This document shows, in pieces, positions 38,338 to 49,142 of a stretch of 57,300 nucleotides of DNA. Each line of letters starts with the position of its first letter. Positions within the stretch are counted from its first letter, which is position 1. A model generated the notes under the pieces. It did not search any database, was not told the DNA's origin, and saw only the letters and a list, made by a program, of their open reading frames with translations. A program made the translations under genes and the position numbers. The DNA is from a virus (Duplodnaviria > Caudoviricetes): positions 1 through 57,300 of the IMG/VR virus record IMGVR_UViG_3300017766_003164; one strand, given 5' to 3'.

Positions 38338-39279
38338 ATGAAGAATCTAAAACTATTACAATTATTAGAATCAGTTTTAGGTAAAGGAAAACCTACATCT
38401 GGTGATAACATTGCATTCTTCTCTCCATTTGTTTCTCACTACAAACCAAAATTAGAAATCAATATTCAAACAAATCACGCCGGAGAAAATACTTGGCATT
38501 GTTGGATATCTGATAAGAAAGGTCGAAGCATTGTTTCACTTTTCAAACAACTCAATTTACCAAAAGAGCGTTTCGAACAACTTAATAGAATAATTGAATC
38601 TGCTAAGTATAGAACAACCGCAACTGAAACAAAAACGGCAACAATTCAACTGCCACAAGAATATGCTCCACTTTGGATTAAAAAAGCAACACCGGATTAT
38701 CGCAATGCAATTCATTATTTAACTAGCCGCGGCATTACGGTATTTGATATTTTAAAGTATCGTATTGGGTATTGCGAAGTGGGAGAATATTCTGGAAAAA
38801 TAATTATTCCTAGTTATGATGCACAAGGTCAACTCAATTATTTTGTTAGCCGAGCATTTTACAAAGCAGATAAATTTAAACATAAGAATCCAAAAATTTC
38901 AAAAGATATTATTGGTTTTGAAATGACAATCAATTGGGCTGAACCAATTATACTTTGTGAAGGGTCATTTGATGCAATTGCAGTTAAACGCAATGCAATT
39001 CCACTCTTTGGTAAAATAATTCAACCTGCTTTACAAAAGAAAATCATTGAAGAACGAGTGAAAAACATTTACATTTGCTTAGATGCTGATGCATTAAAGA
39101 ATGCACTTTCAATTGCAGAACGTTTCATGGCAGAAGGTTTAAATGTTTACTTTGTTGAATTGCAAGAAGAAGATGCATCAGAATTAGGATTTCAAAAAAT
39201 TACAGAAATTATAGAAAATACTGACTTATTAACATTTGAACGTGTTATGGAGTTAAAAATGGGACTTATATGGACATAA
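38338..39279 (+). CDS. DNA primase (DnaG-like, TOPRIM)
   Basis: YLTSRGI...YRIGY...IIIPSY...ILCEGSFDAI...ICLDADA...DASELG. Confidence 0.88.
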   Translation: MKNLKLLQLLESVLGKGKPTSGDNIAFFSPFVSHYKPKLEINIQTNHAGENTWHCWISDKKGRSIVSLFKQLNLPKERFEQLNRIIESAKYRTTATETKTATIQLPQEYAPLWIKKATPDYRNAIHYLTSRGITVFDILKYRIGYCEVGEYSGKIIIPSYDAQGQLNYFVSRAFYKADKFKHKNPKISKDIIGFEMTINWAEPIILCEGSFDAIAVKRNAIPLFGKIIQPALQKKIIEERVKNIYICLDADALKNALSIAERFMAEGLNVYFVELQEEDASELGFQKITEIIENTDLLTFERVMELKMGLIWT

Positions 39280-42200
39280 AACGAATTGATGTTGGAATAG
39301 ATAAAATTGATAAAATTTATCATGTTTCAGATATTCATATTAGAACATTGAAAAGGCATCGTGAATACCGAGAAGTTTTCCAAAATCTTTTTGAATGTAT
39401 TGCAAAAACGAGCACGGAAAATAGTATCGCAGTTGTTACGGGTGATATTGTTCATAGCAAATTAGATATGTCTCCGGAGTTAGTTCAAATTCTTGTTGAA
39501 TTTTTTAATGGATTCAAAATACCTACCATTGTTATTTTAGGTAATCATGATATGAATCTAAACAATATGCATCGCGTAGATGCTGTTAGTCCTGTGTTAG
39601 ATGTTATTCAAAATCCTAATATCATATTTGTTAAAGATAACGGACTTTTTGAATTAGGCGGAGTTACGTGGAATCATATGGCAGTTGATAAGACCCCTGC
39701 AGAATACATACGAGCTAAAGATTTTTCCGGTAAATATAAAATTGCACTTCATCATGGTGCTGTTAATACTGCTAAAACAGATATTGGTTATCAAATATCA
39801 AATGAACATGTAACTACAGAATTATTTGCAGGACATGATATTACTTTGCTAGGAGACATTCATAAGCCAGCACAATTCTTAGATGCGGAACGTACGATTG
39901 CATATCCGGGGTCATTGATACAACAAAATCACGGAGAAGCATTAGACCATGGAATATTGGTTTGGAACGTTGAAGACCGAACTGCTGAATTTGTTCAAAT
40001 TGAAAATGATTATGGGTATGTTACATTAGAAACTCAAGGTGAAAAAATAGTTTCACATCCACATCGAATGCCGCGTAAACCTAGAATCCGTATTAAATTT
40101 AACGGCACTAGTGCAGCAGATATGAAAAAGCTTGTTGCAACAATTCGTAAAAAATATGATGTACAAGACATAACAATTCAGCGAACAATTGAACATGCAA
40201 ATTCTGCAACTTCATCTAGTTTAGCAATAGGAAATGTACGAGATGTTGAATATCAAAATACATTGCTGTCAGATTATATCGATTCACACTTTCCACAAGC
40301 AACTGCAGAAGAAGTAGATGCAATTCGACACATTAATCGAACAATCAATTCAAAGCTCCCAGCAGTGGAATCAATACGACATACAACATGGCATCCTATA
40401 TCATTTGAATTTGATAACATGTTTTCATACGGTGAAGGCAATGTTATTAACTTTGAAACGTTACAAGATGTGTGCGGATTATTTGCAGCAAATACATCTG
40501 GTAAGTCATCTTTGCTTGATGCAATAACATATACTATTTTTGATAAATGTAGTAAAACGGGTAAAGCAAATGAAGTTTTAAACAATAAAAAAACATGGTT
40601 CCGCGGAGTATTTCGTTTTGAAATGAATGGCGTTACTTATACAATTGAGCGACGAGGAACACAAAATAAAAAGAAAGAGACACACGTTAAAGTTGATGTT
40701 GAATTTTATACTGACGCAGAAAATTTAAACGGGGAAGAACGCAGTGAAACAAATAAAAACATACGTCGTTATTTAGGTACGTATGATGATTTTATTTTAA
40801 CTGCATTTTCACTTCAAGCTGATAATAACAACTTTATCGAAAAGTCACAAAAAGAACGCAAAGACTTACTTTCACAGTTTTTAGATATTACGGTATTTGA
40901 ACAACTTTATCAACTTGCAGCAGATGAAATAAAAGAAACAGCAGGTCGTTTAAAGGATTATAAAAAAACAGATTTTGCTGAATTGATTATATCGGCTGAT
41001 ACGATTATATCAGACAATCAAGAAACAATTACCGCATTAGAAGAACAAGAAGATGTATTGCATGATCAACGTAATGCCTTGCAAGAACAGATTGTTGAAT
41101 TGATTGAAACAAAAATGCCGACAACATATAACGGCCCAGATATCAAAGAATTAAAACGACAAGAACAAGCATTAATCAAACAAATTGAATCCATACAAAC
41201 AGACATTGAAACTGCAGAACAAGACTTAGAGTCATTGATTGCTAAAATTGATGAACAAGAAACGCAACTTGCAGAATTTAATGTTACGGAATTAAATGAA
41301 CAAACAAAATTATACTCACAAAAAGAACATTCAGTTAACATACTTTTACAAAAGTTTCGACAACAACAGGAGATAGTAAATGCAAAACAAGAAAAAATTA
41401 ATCACCTTTCAGACCATGAATATGATCCGCAATGTAAATACTGTACATCTAACGTTTTCGTACAAAATGCAATTGAAGCACAGAATACAATTGATGCGGA
41501 TAGAGACATATTAAATTCAACCAAACAAAAGATTACGGCATTGAATCAAGAAATTGAAACATTATCGCCAATATTTGAACAAACAGAACAATACAATTCT
41601 TTACAAAATTCAATTAAGACAAACAAGATTACTTTGGAACGCAATGAATTGCAACTTCAAATTTTAGAAAGCGATCTTCAAACCCGAGAATCAGAATTAG
41701 AAACTGCAATTGAACGACAAGAATCATTTCGTCAAAATGAAACTGCAATTAAACACAATCAAACAGTTGACACTCATATTGATACATGTAAACAAAAAAT
41801 AACGGCAATATCGGAACAACTAAAAACTATTCAAAATCAAATTAAAAACAATTACGGTGCAATAGAAGTAGCAAAAACACAAAAAGCTACGGCAATGCAA
41901 AACTTAGAACGTTATCGACAATTAGAAACGGAATACAAGGCATATGAATATTATTTAGAATCAGTTAAGCGTGATGGTATTCCGTATGAATTAATTACAA
42001 AAGCTCTTCCTAAAATAGAAGCTGAAATAAACAATGTGCTTAATCAAATTGTTGATTTTAACATGGTAATGAATACCGATGGCAAAAACATTAACGGATA
42101 TATTATTTATGATGAAGATAATTTTTGGCCACTAGAATTAACGTCAGGTATGGAACGTTTCATTTCATCATTAGCAATTCGCATAGCACTTATAAACGTA

Positions 42201-42416
42201 TCAGCATTACCACGTCCTAACTTTATTGCAATCGATGAGGGCTGGGGTTCATTAGATGCAGATCATATTTCTTCTGTAGTTAATTTATTTGAATATTTCC
42301 GTACTAAATTTGATTTTTCAATTATCATTTCACACGTTGATTCAATGCGAGATATGGTAGATTCATTAATAGAAGTAAACAAGACACAAGGATTTAGCCA
42401 GATTAATCATGTTTGA
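39270..42416 (+). CDS. Fused SbcD/Mre11 nuclease and SbcC/Rad50 ATPase (gp47-gp46-like)
   Basis: Phosphoesterase motifs SDIH, TGDIVH, GNHD, HHG, GDIH, YPGS; Walker A-like ANTSGKSS; coiled coil with zinc hook CKYC; signature TSGME; Walker B IAIDEG; ISH. Confidence 0.92.
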   Translation: MDIKRIDVGIDKIDKIYHVSDIHIRTLKRHREYREVFQNLFECIAKTSTENSIAVVTGDIVHSKLDMSPELVQILVEFFNGFKIPTIVILGNHDMNLNNMHRVDAVSPVLDVIQNPNIIFVKDNGLFELGGVTWNHMAVDKTPAEYIRAKDFSGKYKIALHHGAVNTAKTDIGYQISNEHVTTELFAGHDITLLGDIHKPAQFLDAERTIAYPGSLIQQNHGEALDHGILVWNVEDRTAEFVQIENDYGYVTLETQGEKIVSHPHRMPRKPRIRIKFNGTSAADMKKLVATIRKKYDVQDITIQRTIEHANSATSSSLAIGNVRDVEYQNTLLSDYIDSHFPQATAEEVDAIRHINRTINSKLPAVESIRHTTWHPISFEFDNMFSYGEGNVINFETLQDVCGLFAANTSGKSSLLDAITYTIFDKCSKTGKANEVLNNKKTWFRGVFRFEMNGVTYTIERRGTQNKKKETHVKVDVEFYTDAENLNGEERSETNKNIRRYLGTYDDFILTAFSLQADNNNFIEKSQKERKDLLSQFLDITVFEQLYQLAADEIKETAGRLKDYKKTDFAELIISADTIISDNQETITALEEQEDVLHDQRNALQEQIVELIETKMPTTYNGPDIKELKRQEQALIKQIESIQTDIETAEQDLESLIAKIDEQETQLAEFNVTELNEQTKLYSQKEHSVNILLQKFRQQQEIVNAKQEKINHLSDHEYDPQCKYCTSNVFVQNAIEAQNTIDADRDILNSTKQKITALNQEIETLSPIFEQTEQYNSLQNSIKTNKITLERNELQLQILESDLQTRESELETAIERQESFRQNETAIKHNQTVDTHIDTCKQKITAISEQLKTIQNQIKNNYGAIEVAKTQKATAMQNLERYRQLETEYKAYEYYLESVKRDGIPYELITKALPKIEAEINNVLNQIVDFNMVMNTDGKNINGYIIYDEDNFWPLELTSGMERFISSLAIRIALINVSALPRPNFIAIDEGWGSLDADHISSVVNLFEYFRTKFDFSIIISHVDSMRDMVDSLIEVNKTQGFSQINHV

Positions 42417-42442
42417 TATTTATATAAAAGATATCATTCGGA

Positions 42443-44917
42443 ATGAAACGCAAAGAAACAGTTTATAAAGGTTTAGAATTTATTGATGTTTATTTTGAAG
42501 ACACATCGGCAACATCGCCAGATTATTTTCAAATAACTGAATTTCCGACACGTTTAACTGCGGGTAAAAACTTATTTAAACTTCGAGGACATCCTAGCAA
42601 TTTACGAGTTGGCGGAGTATTAAATTTAGAAATTTTAGATTATAATGGTGATCCAATTTATTATGAGATTGTAGATTATATTGATGAAGACAAATCGCGT
42701 GTAGTTGCAATTTATATATACTCAGAAACGTCGCCAGGCGATTGCACAATTACTTTAATTTCTGAAGCACAAACAATTAACGGTGCACCGGTACCACAAG
42801 AATGGCAAGGTCGTCCCAATGTAAGATGGCGTCGCACAGTCCCTGTCAATCCAAACATATCAAATGACTCAGAAATCATATTTGCTAAATTACCTGAGAT
42901 AACAGTATCAGAACAAATTGGTGTACAGCTTGATAGAATATATTCCGGCAGTCAACAATTTCCTACTTACACAACCGGACACGTAAGATATTTTGCTCTT
43001 AACGGAACACCTGCAATAGAAATATCCGGAGGATTATTTACATCAGATATGTCAACAGGAACAATAACAATAACGTCACCTGTTAATCCTACTCCTACTC
43101 CTAATTTCCCGGTGGTTTCCACTCCTTACACTAGTACGATAAAAAAGATATTATCTAGTACAACGGCTTTATTAGATACGCAGTATACGGTTTATAGTAG
43201 CCAAAGCTTATCGCCACAAACATATACAGCTTTTGATTATTCTACATTTTCGTTAACATATGAACAAACACCAACGTATGTTGCAACGGAAAATTCACAA
43301 TCATTTGCCCTTGTACAAATCAAAGGCTTAGACCCGTCAACTGGCGATGTTTCTAGAATCAAAGTTTATACGAATAATAAAGGTACTGTAGGAACATGGG
43401 AATTAGTCAATGATGTTGAACTCGAAGAAACGGAAATCTTTGTTAGTAGCACAGCTTCTTTATTTCCAGATCAAAGTATAGGTATTTTTACTTCACAAAG
43501 CATAATCAATACGTATTGGGAGGGTTTTACATATCAAGGTAAAACTACAGCAACAGCACCAACATTAACTTGGTCGACTGCATCTTTAAATAATGCAATG
43601 TCTATAACAAGTGCCGTAAATATTTCAGCAACAAATGCAGTACATGTAGTACAACAAAAAACAGCTTACGCCGGCGTATTTATTGCAACATCATCATATA
43701 AAGTTACTATTGATGCATTAGGAACAAGAAGTAGTGATGGATTGAATCCTCGATTATCAGTATATGTTTCTGGAAGTGCAACGGCTTTCGATTCAACGGA
43801 TTATTTTAATCAAGAATTTCCTAGGAGATTAGGTAAAAAAATAGGAGAATTAGAAGTAACTTCAGATTCGCAACGTTTCGATGACGTAGTGTTTAATTTT
43901 GAAACCGATGCCGATGGGACAGCAAATCTTTTATTTGTAATAGAATCCGGACAATGGCAAATTGCAGATGTACGAACAACTACAGATAATGATACTGGGT
44001 ATTCACCAAATTATACGCGTATTAGATCAATTATCAATACTCTACATAAAGCAAACAATCAAATTTCCTTTAAAGTAGAATATTATAATGTAGCTGGAGT
44101 TAAAAGCAAACAAACATCTTATTTGTATAGTAAATCATGGCAAGGCGGAAATCGTTATATTGATGGCGATTATTCAATGCTTACTGGTTCACTTTATGTC
44201 GCAGATTCTTTAGAATCAGGCGTAGCAATTTCAGGTTATAAAAATTCTGGATTTATTAGATCATTAGGATATGAAGGATTTGATGCAGGATTTCCTGGAT
44301 TTTTATTATGGAGCGGGTCTGCACTTAATGGACAATTATCTAAAAATAATGCACCATATTCGGGTGTAGGATTAGAACTTTATCTTAATACTTCAAGTTA
44401 TTTTAGATATTCAACTGCCGACAATGAAATTTATGTTGCAACGGATAATTTCTTTTTTGGAAATCCTAATACAACGTATATTAGTGGGAGTAACGGATTA
44501 TTAGAAATTTCATCTAGCAATTTTCAAATTAAAGCCAACGGCGATGTATCTGCTAGTAATATATTTGTTACTGGTATAAATGAATCATCGGTATTTACAA
44601 ATACAACGGTAACTGTTACAACCGCAAATTCGTCAAGTTATCTTAAAGCTAGAGGTAGTGGCACCGGTGCTAGTCCATATTATTGGGAATTAGTTTTAGA
44701 TGGATCAACTGGTGGACAAATTTGTCAAAAAATAGTTATCAATTGCGATATATTAACAGCACCATTCGGTGCTGTCGTTGATAACTTCTTTGCATATAGA
44801 GCAATCGGGTCAATATTGATGCCAATATTATCTTCAGCAGGATCTACCGCTATCATTACTATATCATCTGGTCGTACCGTTTATTTTACAGATAATTTTG
44901 CATTGGCGTCATTATAA
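42443..44917 (+). CDS. Large virion structural/tail-fibre-like protein
   Basis: 824 aa, S/T/G-rich beta composition; ATATTTAT at 42416-42423. Confidence 0.65.
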   Translation: MKRKETVYKGLEFIDVYFEDTSATSPDYFQITEFPTRLTAGKNLFKLRGHPSNLRVGGVLNLEILDYNGDPIYYEIVDYIDEDKSRVVAIYIYSETSPGDCTITLISEAQTINGAPVPQEWQGRPNVRWRRTVPVNPNISNDSEIIFAKLPEITVSEQIGVQLDRIYSGSQQFPTYTTGHVRYFALNGTPAIEISGGLFTSDMSTGTITITSPVNPTPTPNFPVVSTPYTSTIKKILSSTTALLDTQYTVYSSQSLSPQTYTAFDYSTFSLTYEQTPTYVATENSQSFALVQIKGLDPSTGDVSRIKVYTNNKGTVGTWELVNDVELEETEIFVSSTASLFPDQSIGIFTSQSIINTYWEGFTYQGKTTATAPTLTWSTASLNNAMSITSAVNISATNAVHVVQQKTAYAGVFIATSSYKVTIDALGTRSSDGLNPRLSVYVSGSATAFDSTDYFNQEFPRRLGKKIGELEVTSDSQRFDDVVFNFETDADGTANLLFVIESGQWQIADVRTTTDNDTGYSPNYTRIRSIINTLHKANNQISFKVEYYNVAGVKSKQTSYLYSKSWQGGNRYIDGDYSMLTGSLYVADSLESGVAISGYKNSGFIRSLGYEGFDAGFPGFLLWSGSALNGQLSKNNAPYSGVGLELYLNTSSYFRYSTADNEIYVATDNFFFGNPNTTYISGSNGLLEISSSNFQIKANGDVSASNIFVTGINESSVFTNTTVTVTTANSSSYLKARGSGTGASPYYWELVLDGSTGGQICQKIVINCDILTAPFGAVVDNFFAYRAIGSILMPILSSAGSTAIITISSGRTVYFTDNFALASL

Positions 44918-44929
44918 AAGGATAATCAT

Positions 44930-45463
44930 ATGGGAGTTTATTTATTAAAACCTGGTACATTTCAAATAACAACTGTTGGAACTAATTCATCTCCATTATC
45001 GGCAATGGGTGGGTCAAGTGAGCCATTTTTGAAAACTTTTCATTCTGCTATTATAGTAGAAGATCAAGGTAAAGAAATATCAAAATTTTTAAATACTATT
45101 GAACTACAAAAAGAGTTAATTGTTAGCGGTTCATTTTTAATTAATAATCATTTAACTATTAATACCACAGGTACTACTGTATTATCTGTAGCTGATTTAG
45201 AATCGATAATTTTAATTGATACAACTAGCGGCACAGTAACATTACAATTGCCAACGACTACACTAGCAACAAAAGGACGAATATATTTTATTAAAAAAAT
45301 AGGTGGTACAAATTCATTAACTATCAATCCAGCGTCTACAACTACCATCGATGGGGCATTAACTCGAGCTACAACGGATGCATCTGCATCTATACAATTG
45401 ATGTCTTCTGGCGTAGCTGCCAATGGTTATTACATACTATCTGAATATGGTACTTGGACATAA
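44930..45463 (+). CDS. Tail-fibre-like protein
   Basis: IDTTSGTVTLQLP...GRIYFIKK...LTINP...TIDG motif common in fibre modules. Confidence 0.65.
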   Translation: MGVYLLKPGTFQITTVGTNSSPLSAMGGSSEPFLKTFHSAIIVEDQGKEISKFLNTIELQKELIVSGSFLINNHLTINTTGTTVLSVADLESIILIDTTSGTVTLQLPTTTLATKGRIYFIKKIGGTNSLTINPASTTTIDGALTRATTDASASIQLMSSGVAANGYYILSEYGTWT

Positions 45464-45488
45464 CATATTTATATAAAAAGAAATACAA

Positions 45489-47570
45489 ATGAATAAAATA
45501 ACAGTACTTTTTCCTGGTGGATTCAAACCATTAACTGGAGCACATTTAGCACTTGCACAACGTTATGCTACACATCCAGATGTCGATCGCGTAATACTTT
45601 TAATAGGTCCAAAGGAACGAGATGGAATTACTAGAGAAAAGACAATTGAAATATTCAATTTAATCAATCGCAATCCTAAAATTGAAATACAACCAACAGC
45701 ATTCAACTCTCCTATCATGGCCGCATATGAATACTTATTTGCATTGCCAGAAAATGAAACGGGTCGTTATGCTATGGCTGCATCTACAAAAGGAGATGAT
45801 TATGTACGAACAAAAGACTTTGTTCCAAATGTTGATAAATATAAAATGGTCGGCGACAAATCTGGAAGAAAAATACCCGCAGGAGTTGATGCAACGGAAT
45901 TAAATTTAGATGTAGATCCAATTACATATAAATCAGGAGAACCTATATCAGCATCAACTATTAGAGCAGCAATTGCAAATCGAGATTATGAAACGTTCCG
46001 AGCTTCATATCCTGCGCAGAATGATGCTGAAGTAAAAAATATTTGGCAAATATTAACCGGAGTACAAGAAACTGTATTTTCTAAGGAATGGTGGCGTAAA
46101 CAACTACAAGAAGATGCGGATGCTGTTTATGAATCAATGATGTTTACAAAAGAAAAGAAACGTCATGCAGATAAAATAAGCAAGTTAAAAAACTTCTTAG
46201 AAAAAAGTAGAGGCCGAGAATTTGTATATGATTTTGGAGATTTTGAAAAAACAGTAATAGGTGCTTCTTTATTAGAAGGAGTCGAAGCAATAAGCATGAT
46301 TACCGAAGGCGGTGCCGCAGGACATATGGCTCATCCGTATGATGATCATTCACTAACGTTTGGTGACATGAAAGAAATTGTTGCACGTGCATTAGAAGGA
46401 CGATTAGATATTGAATCAGCAGTAACAGAAAAAACTGATGGACAAAATATTCAAGTAACATGGAAGAACGGACAGCCTGGATTTGCACGAAATAAAGGAA
46501 CTGTTATTAATCCAATGACTCCAGATCAATTGATTGCAGATTTCGAAAGAAAATATCAGGAAAGCATTGCAAAGAATGGAGCAGAAGCTTCAGAAGGATA
46601 TAAACGAGTTGTAGAGGCATATAGAGCTTGTGCAGAAGATTTAACTAGTGCATTAACAAAATTACCACCAAATGTATTGCAACAAACATTTAAAGATGGT
46701 CGAGTATTTGCAAACATGGAAATAATTTTTCCTGCAACTAAAAATGTGATATCATATGATAAAGCTCATCTTCAATTTCACAATTTAGTTGAATATGATG
46801 AAGCAGGCCAAGTAGTTGAAACTGATTTAGCTGGAGGTGGTATGCTACAAAAAATCATACAAGATGCTAATGCACACTTACAAAATACATTTTCATTTAT
46901 TCCACCGCAACGCATAAAGATTGGAAGATTAGCAGATTTTGAAGATCAACAAGCAGCATTTTTCAATGAAATAGATCAATTACGTAATCGCTATCAACTT
47001 AAAGATACAAATCTAGTTTCTGATTATCATAGAGCTTGGTGGAGCGATGTAGTACGATCTAAAGCACAAGAATTAGGATATGAAATTCCTGATGCAATTT
47101 TATCAGCACTAGTAAATCGTTGGGCGTTTGCAGACAAATCAGCAAATATTACTGCACTTAAAAAACAAATCGACAATCCAGAGTTTATCAATTGGGTAAC
47201 CGAATTTGACAAAAAAGACTTTAAAACATATTACAAACAAAACATGGAACCGTTTGAAAGTATATTTTTACGGCTAGGTGCAGTTGTATTACGTAATGCA
47301 GAAAACTTCTTAGCAGCAAATCCATCGAAATCAGTACAAGAGTTAAAACAAGATTTAGCTGAATTGATCAAAGAATTACAAACAACTAATGATATTAATA
47401 CTATTAAGAAATTAGAACACGAACTACGCCGTATACAAAAGCTAGGTGGGTTTGAAGCAATTGTTCCATCAGAAGGAGTAGTATTCGTATACGGCGGACA
47501 TACCTATAAATTAACCGGGGCATTTGCACCCGTTAATCAGATACTAGGAGTATTGAAATACGCACGATGA
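45489..47570 (+). CDS. Cytidylyltransferase-like domain fused to a KxDG nucleotidyltransferase/ligase-like (DUF6267-like) domain
   Basis: N-terminal FPGGFKPLTGAH and ISASTIR; C-terminal EGGAAGHMAHPYDD, TEKTDGQN, SEGVVF...YKLTG. Confidence 0.75.
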   Translation: MNKITVLFPGGFKPLTGAHLALAQRYATHPDVDRVILLIGPKERDGITREKTIEIFNLINRNPKIEIQPTAFNSPIMAAYEYLFALPENETGRYAMAASTKGDDYVRTKDFVPNVDKYKMVGDKSGRKIPAGVDATELNLDVDPITYKSGEPISASTIRAAIANRDYETFRASYPAQNDAEVKNIWQILTGVQETVFSKEWWRKQLQEDADAVYESMMFTKEKKRHADKISKLKNFLEKSRGREFVYDFGDFEKTVIGASLLEGVEAISMITEGGAAGHMAHPYDDHSLTFGDMKEIVARALEGRLDIESAVTEKTDGQNIQVTWKNGQPGFARNKGTVINPMTPDQLIADFERKYQESIAKNGAEASEGYKRVVEAYRACAEDLTSALTKLPPNVLQQTFKDGRVFANMEIIFPATKNVISYDKAHLQFHNLVEYDEAGQVVETDLAGGGMLQKIIQDANAHLQNTFSFIPPQRIKIGRLADFEDQQAAFFNEIDQLRNRYQLKDTNLVSDYHRAWWSDVVRSKAQELGYEIPDAILSALVNRWAFADKSANITALKKQIDNPEFINWVTEFDKKDFKTYYKQNMEPFESIFLRLGAVVLRNAENFLAANPSKSVQELKQDLAELIKELQTTNDINTIKKLEHELRRIQKLGGFEAIVPSEGVVFVYGGHTYKLTGAFAPVNQILGVLKYAR

Positions 47571-47598
47571 TATATTTATAATAAAATTGGATAAATAG

Positions 47599-48477
47599 AT
47601 GGCTGAAAAACATAAAAGCAAATACAAAGCACCAAAAGATTTAGAAAAATCTCAAAAACCAAAATCACGTAAAGATCTTAAAGATTATACCGAAGATGAC
47701 AAAAAAGGTGCATTGAATCCTAAAACTACAGGAGATAAACAACTTAATGTATTACGTAAAACAGATAAAGTCGTACAAGATGACGGCAAAATGTTTCCGA
47801 AATACAATGATGATGATCGTCTTTATAAAGATTTAGAAGATGCTGATTATGATCCAAAAACTGCGGCAAAGCGTTTAAAGAAACGTCAAGATACTGAAGA
47901 AAAAGAAACGACTGATGTTCTTAAAGATAAAATTGAAAATTTAACAAGAGAACAAAAAGAACGTTTAAAAGATCGTTTAGTAAGAGAATATATTCGTAGA
48001 AAAATCAATAACATTATATTAGAACAACCTACGGAAGAGCCACCTGCAGAAGAACCTGCACCAGAAGCTGAAGCTCCTGCAGCAGAACCAGCACCAACTG
48101 ATGTACCTGCAGAAACACCACCTGCAGATGCAGCTGCACCAGCTCCAGAAGCACCAGCACCTACTCCAACCGATACTGCACCGCCGGCACCAACTGATAC
48201 CGCAGCGCCTGCTCCAACCGATGCTGCAGCACCTGCAACACCACCAGCACCTGCAGAAGAAACACCTGCAGAAACAAAAAATGGTATTACTAAGGAAATG
48301 GAAAAAGCAAAAGGTACAGTGGGACAAATTGAATCGCTCATGAAAGGCATTAATCAGTATTTTAAAGATGCTGATCCTAGAGACATTAAACGTTTTTATA
48401 AATTATTCAATCGAGTAATTAGCCGACGTTTATCTATGCCAGCTGAACAAGATTCAGAACAAGCTGATAAAAAATAA
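47599..48477 (+). CDS. Hypothetical protein with Pro/Ala/Thr/Glu-rich linker
   Basis: 292 aa; ATATTTAT at 47572-47579; low-complexity segment around 48030-48275. Confidence 0.8.
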   Translation: MAEKHKSKYKAPKDLEKSQKPKSRKDLKDYTEDDKKGALNPKTTGDKQLNVLRKTDKVVQDDGKMFPKYNDDDRLYKDLEDADYDPKTAAKRLKKRQDTEEKETTDVLKDKIENLTREQKERLKDRLVREYIRRKINNIILEQPTEEPPAEEPAPEAEAPAAEPAPTDVPAETPPADAAAPAPEAPAPTPTDTAPPAPTDTAAPAPTDAAAPATPPAPAEETPAETKNGITKEMEKAKGTVGQIESLMKGINQYFKDADPRDIKRFYKLFNRVISRRLSMPAEQDSEQADKK

Positions 48478-48491
48478 ATAAAACAAGTTAT

Positions 48492-49142
48492 ATGGGAAAA
48501 ACAAACAAGTTACAAAACGTCAAGGCCATTCAGCAAATGTTGGAAGGCAATCACAAGTTCCAAACCAAGAAAACTGTAGGATTTTCTGATGCTAAAGATG
48601 CGGCAAGAAAATCAGAACGGCACGAAATAGGCGATATGTGGGAAGAAACTGATCACGCCGGCAACGTTTGGGTCATTGAACAAAAAGATGGATATCGAGT
48701 TCGCAAAACAAAAAATGCAGAAGTATTTCAAGAAATACGAGATTCATTACGTTCATTTCCAAATTGTCGCAAAGACGTATGTACATGTTTAGCACCAAAG
48801 CCATTAGATGAAACGATGCGTAAAGCAAATGGTATGTGTTTTGATTGTACAATTGAAATGGAACATGATTTAAAAAAACAAGGCAAATTTGAAGAATATG
48901 AAAAGAAACGTATTCATGAAAATGCATTAGCTTGGTTACGTAATGCAGAACAAGATGTTGAAATGTTAAAACAAACATACACACAAGCTTCTGAATTTAT
49001 TCTTAATAGCGAAGGAGAAACAGAAACTTATGCTGCAAGAATGTCCCCGGAAGAATTTAAAGAAAAAGTAGAAGCAGAATTTGCTAAATTTAAAGAAGAT
49101 TTTTTAAAACGATTAGATGGAGAAGATGATGAAAACAATTAA
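48492..49142 (+). CDS. Hypothetical protein with Cys cluster
   Basis: CRKDVCTC...CFDC. Confidence 0.8.
   Translation: MGKTNKLQNVKAIQQMLEGNHKFQTKKTVGFSDAKDAARKSERHEIGDMWEETDHAGNVWVIEQKDGYRVRKTKNAEVFQEIRDSLRSFPNCRKDVCTCLAPKPLDETMRKANGMCFDCTIEMEHDLKKQGKFEEYEKKRIHENALAWLRNAEQDVEMLKQTYTQASEFILNSEGETETYAARMSPEEFKEKVEAEFAKFKEDFLKRLDGEDDENN

Noticed and set aside
47886-48350. Minus-strand and alternate-frame ORFs, including a Cys-rich 102-aa ORF
   Set aside because: Shadows of the GC-richer Pro/Ala repeat in 47599..48477; no promoter or start context.
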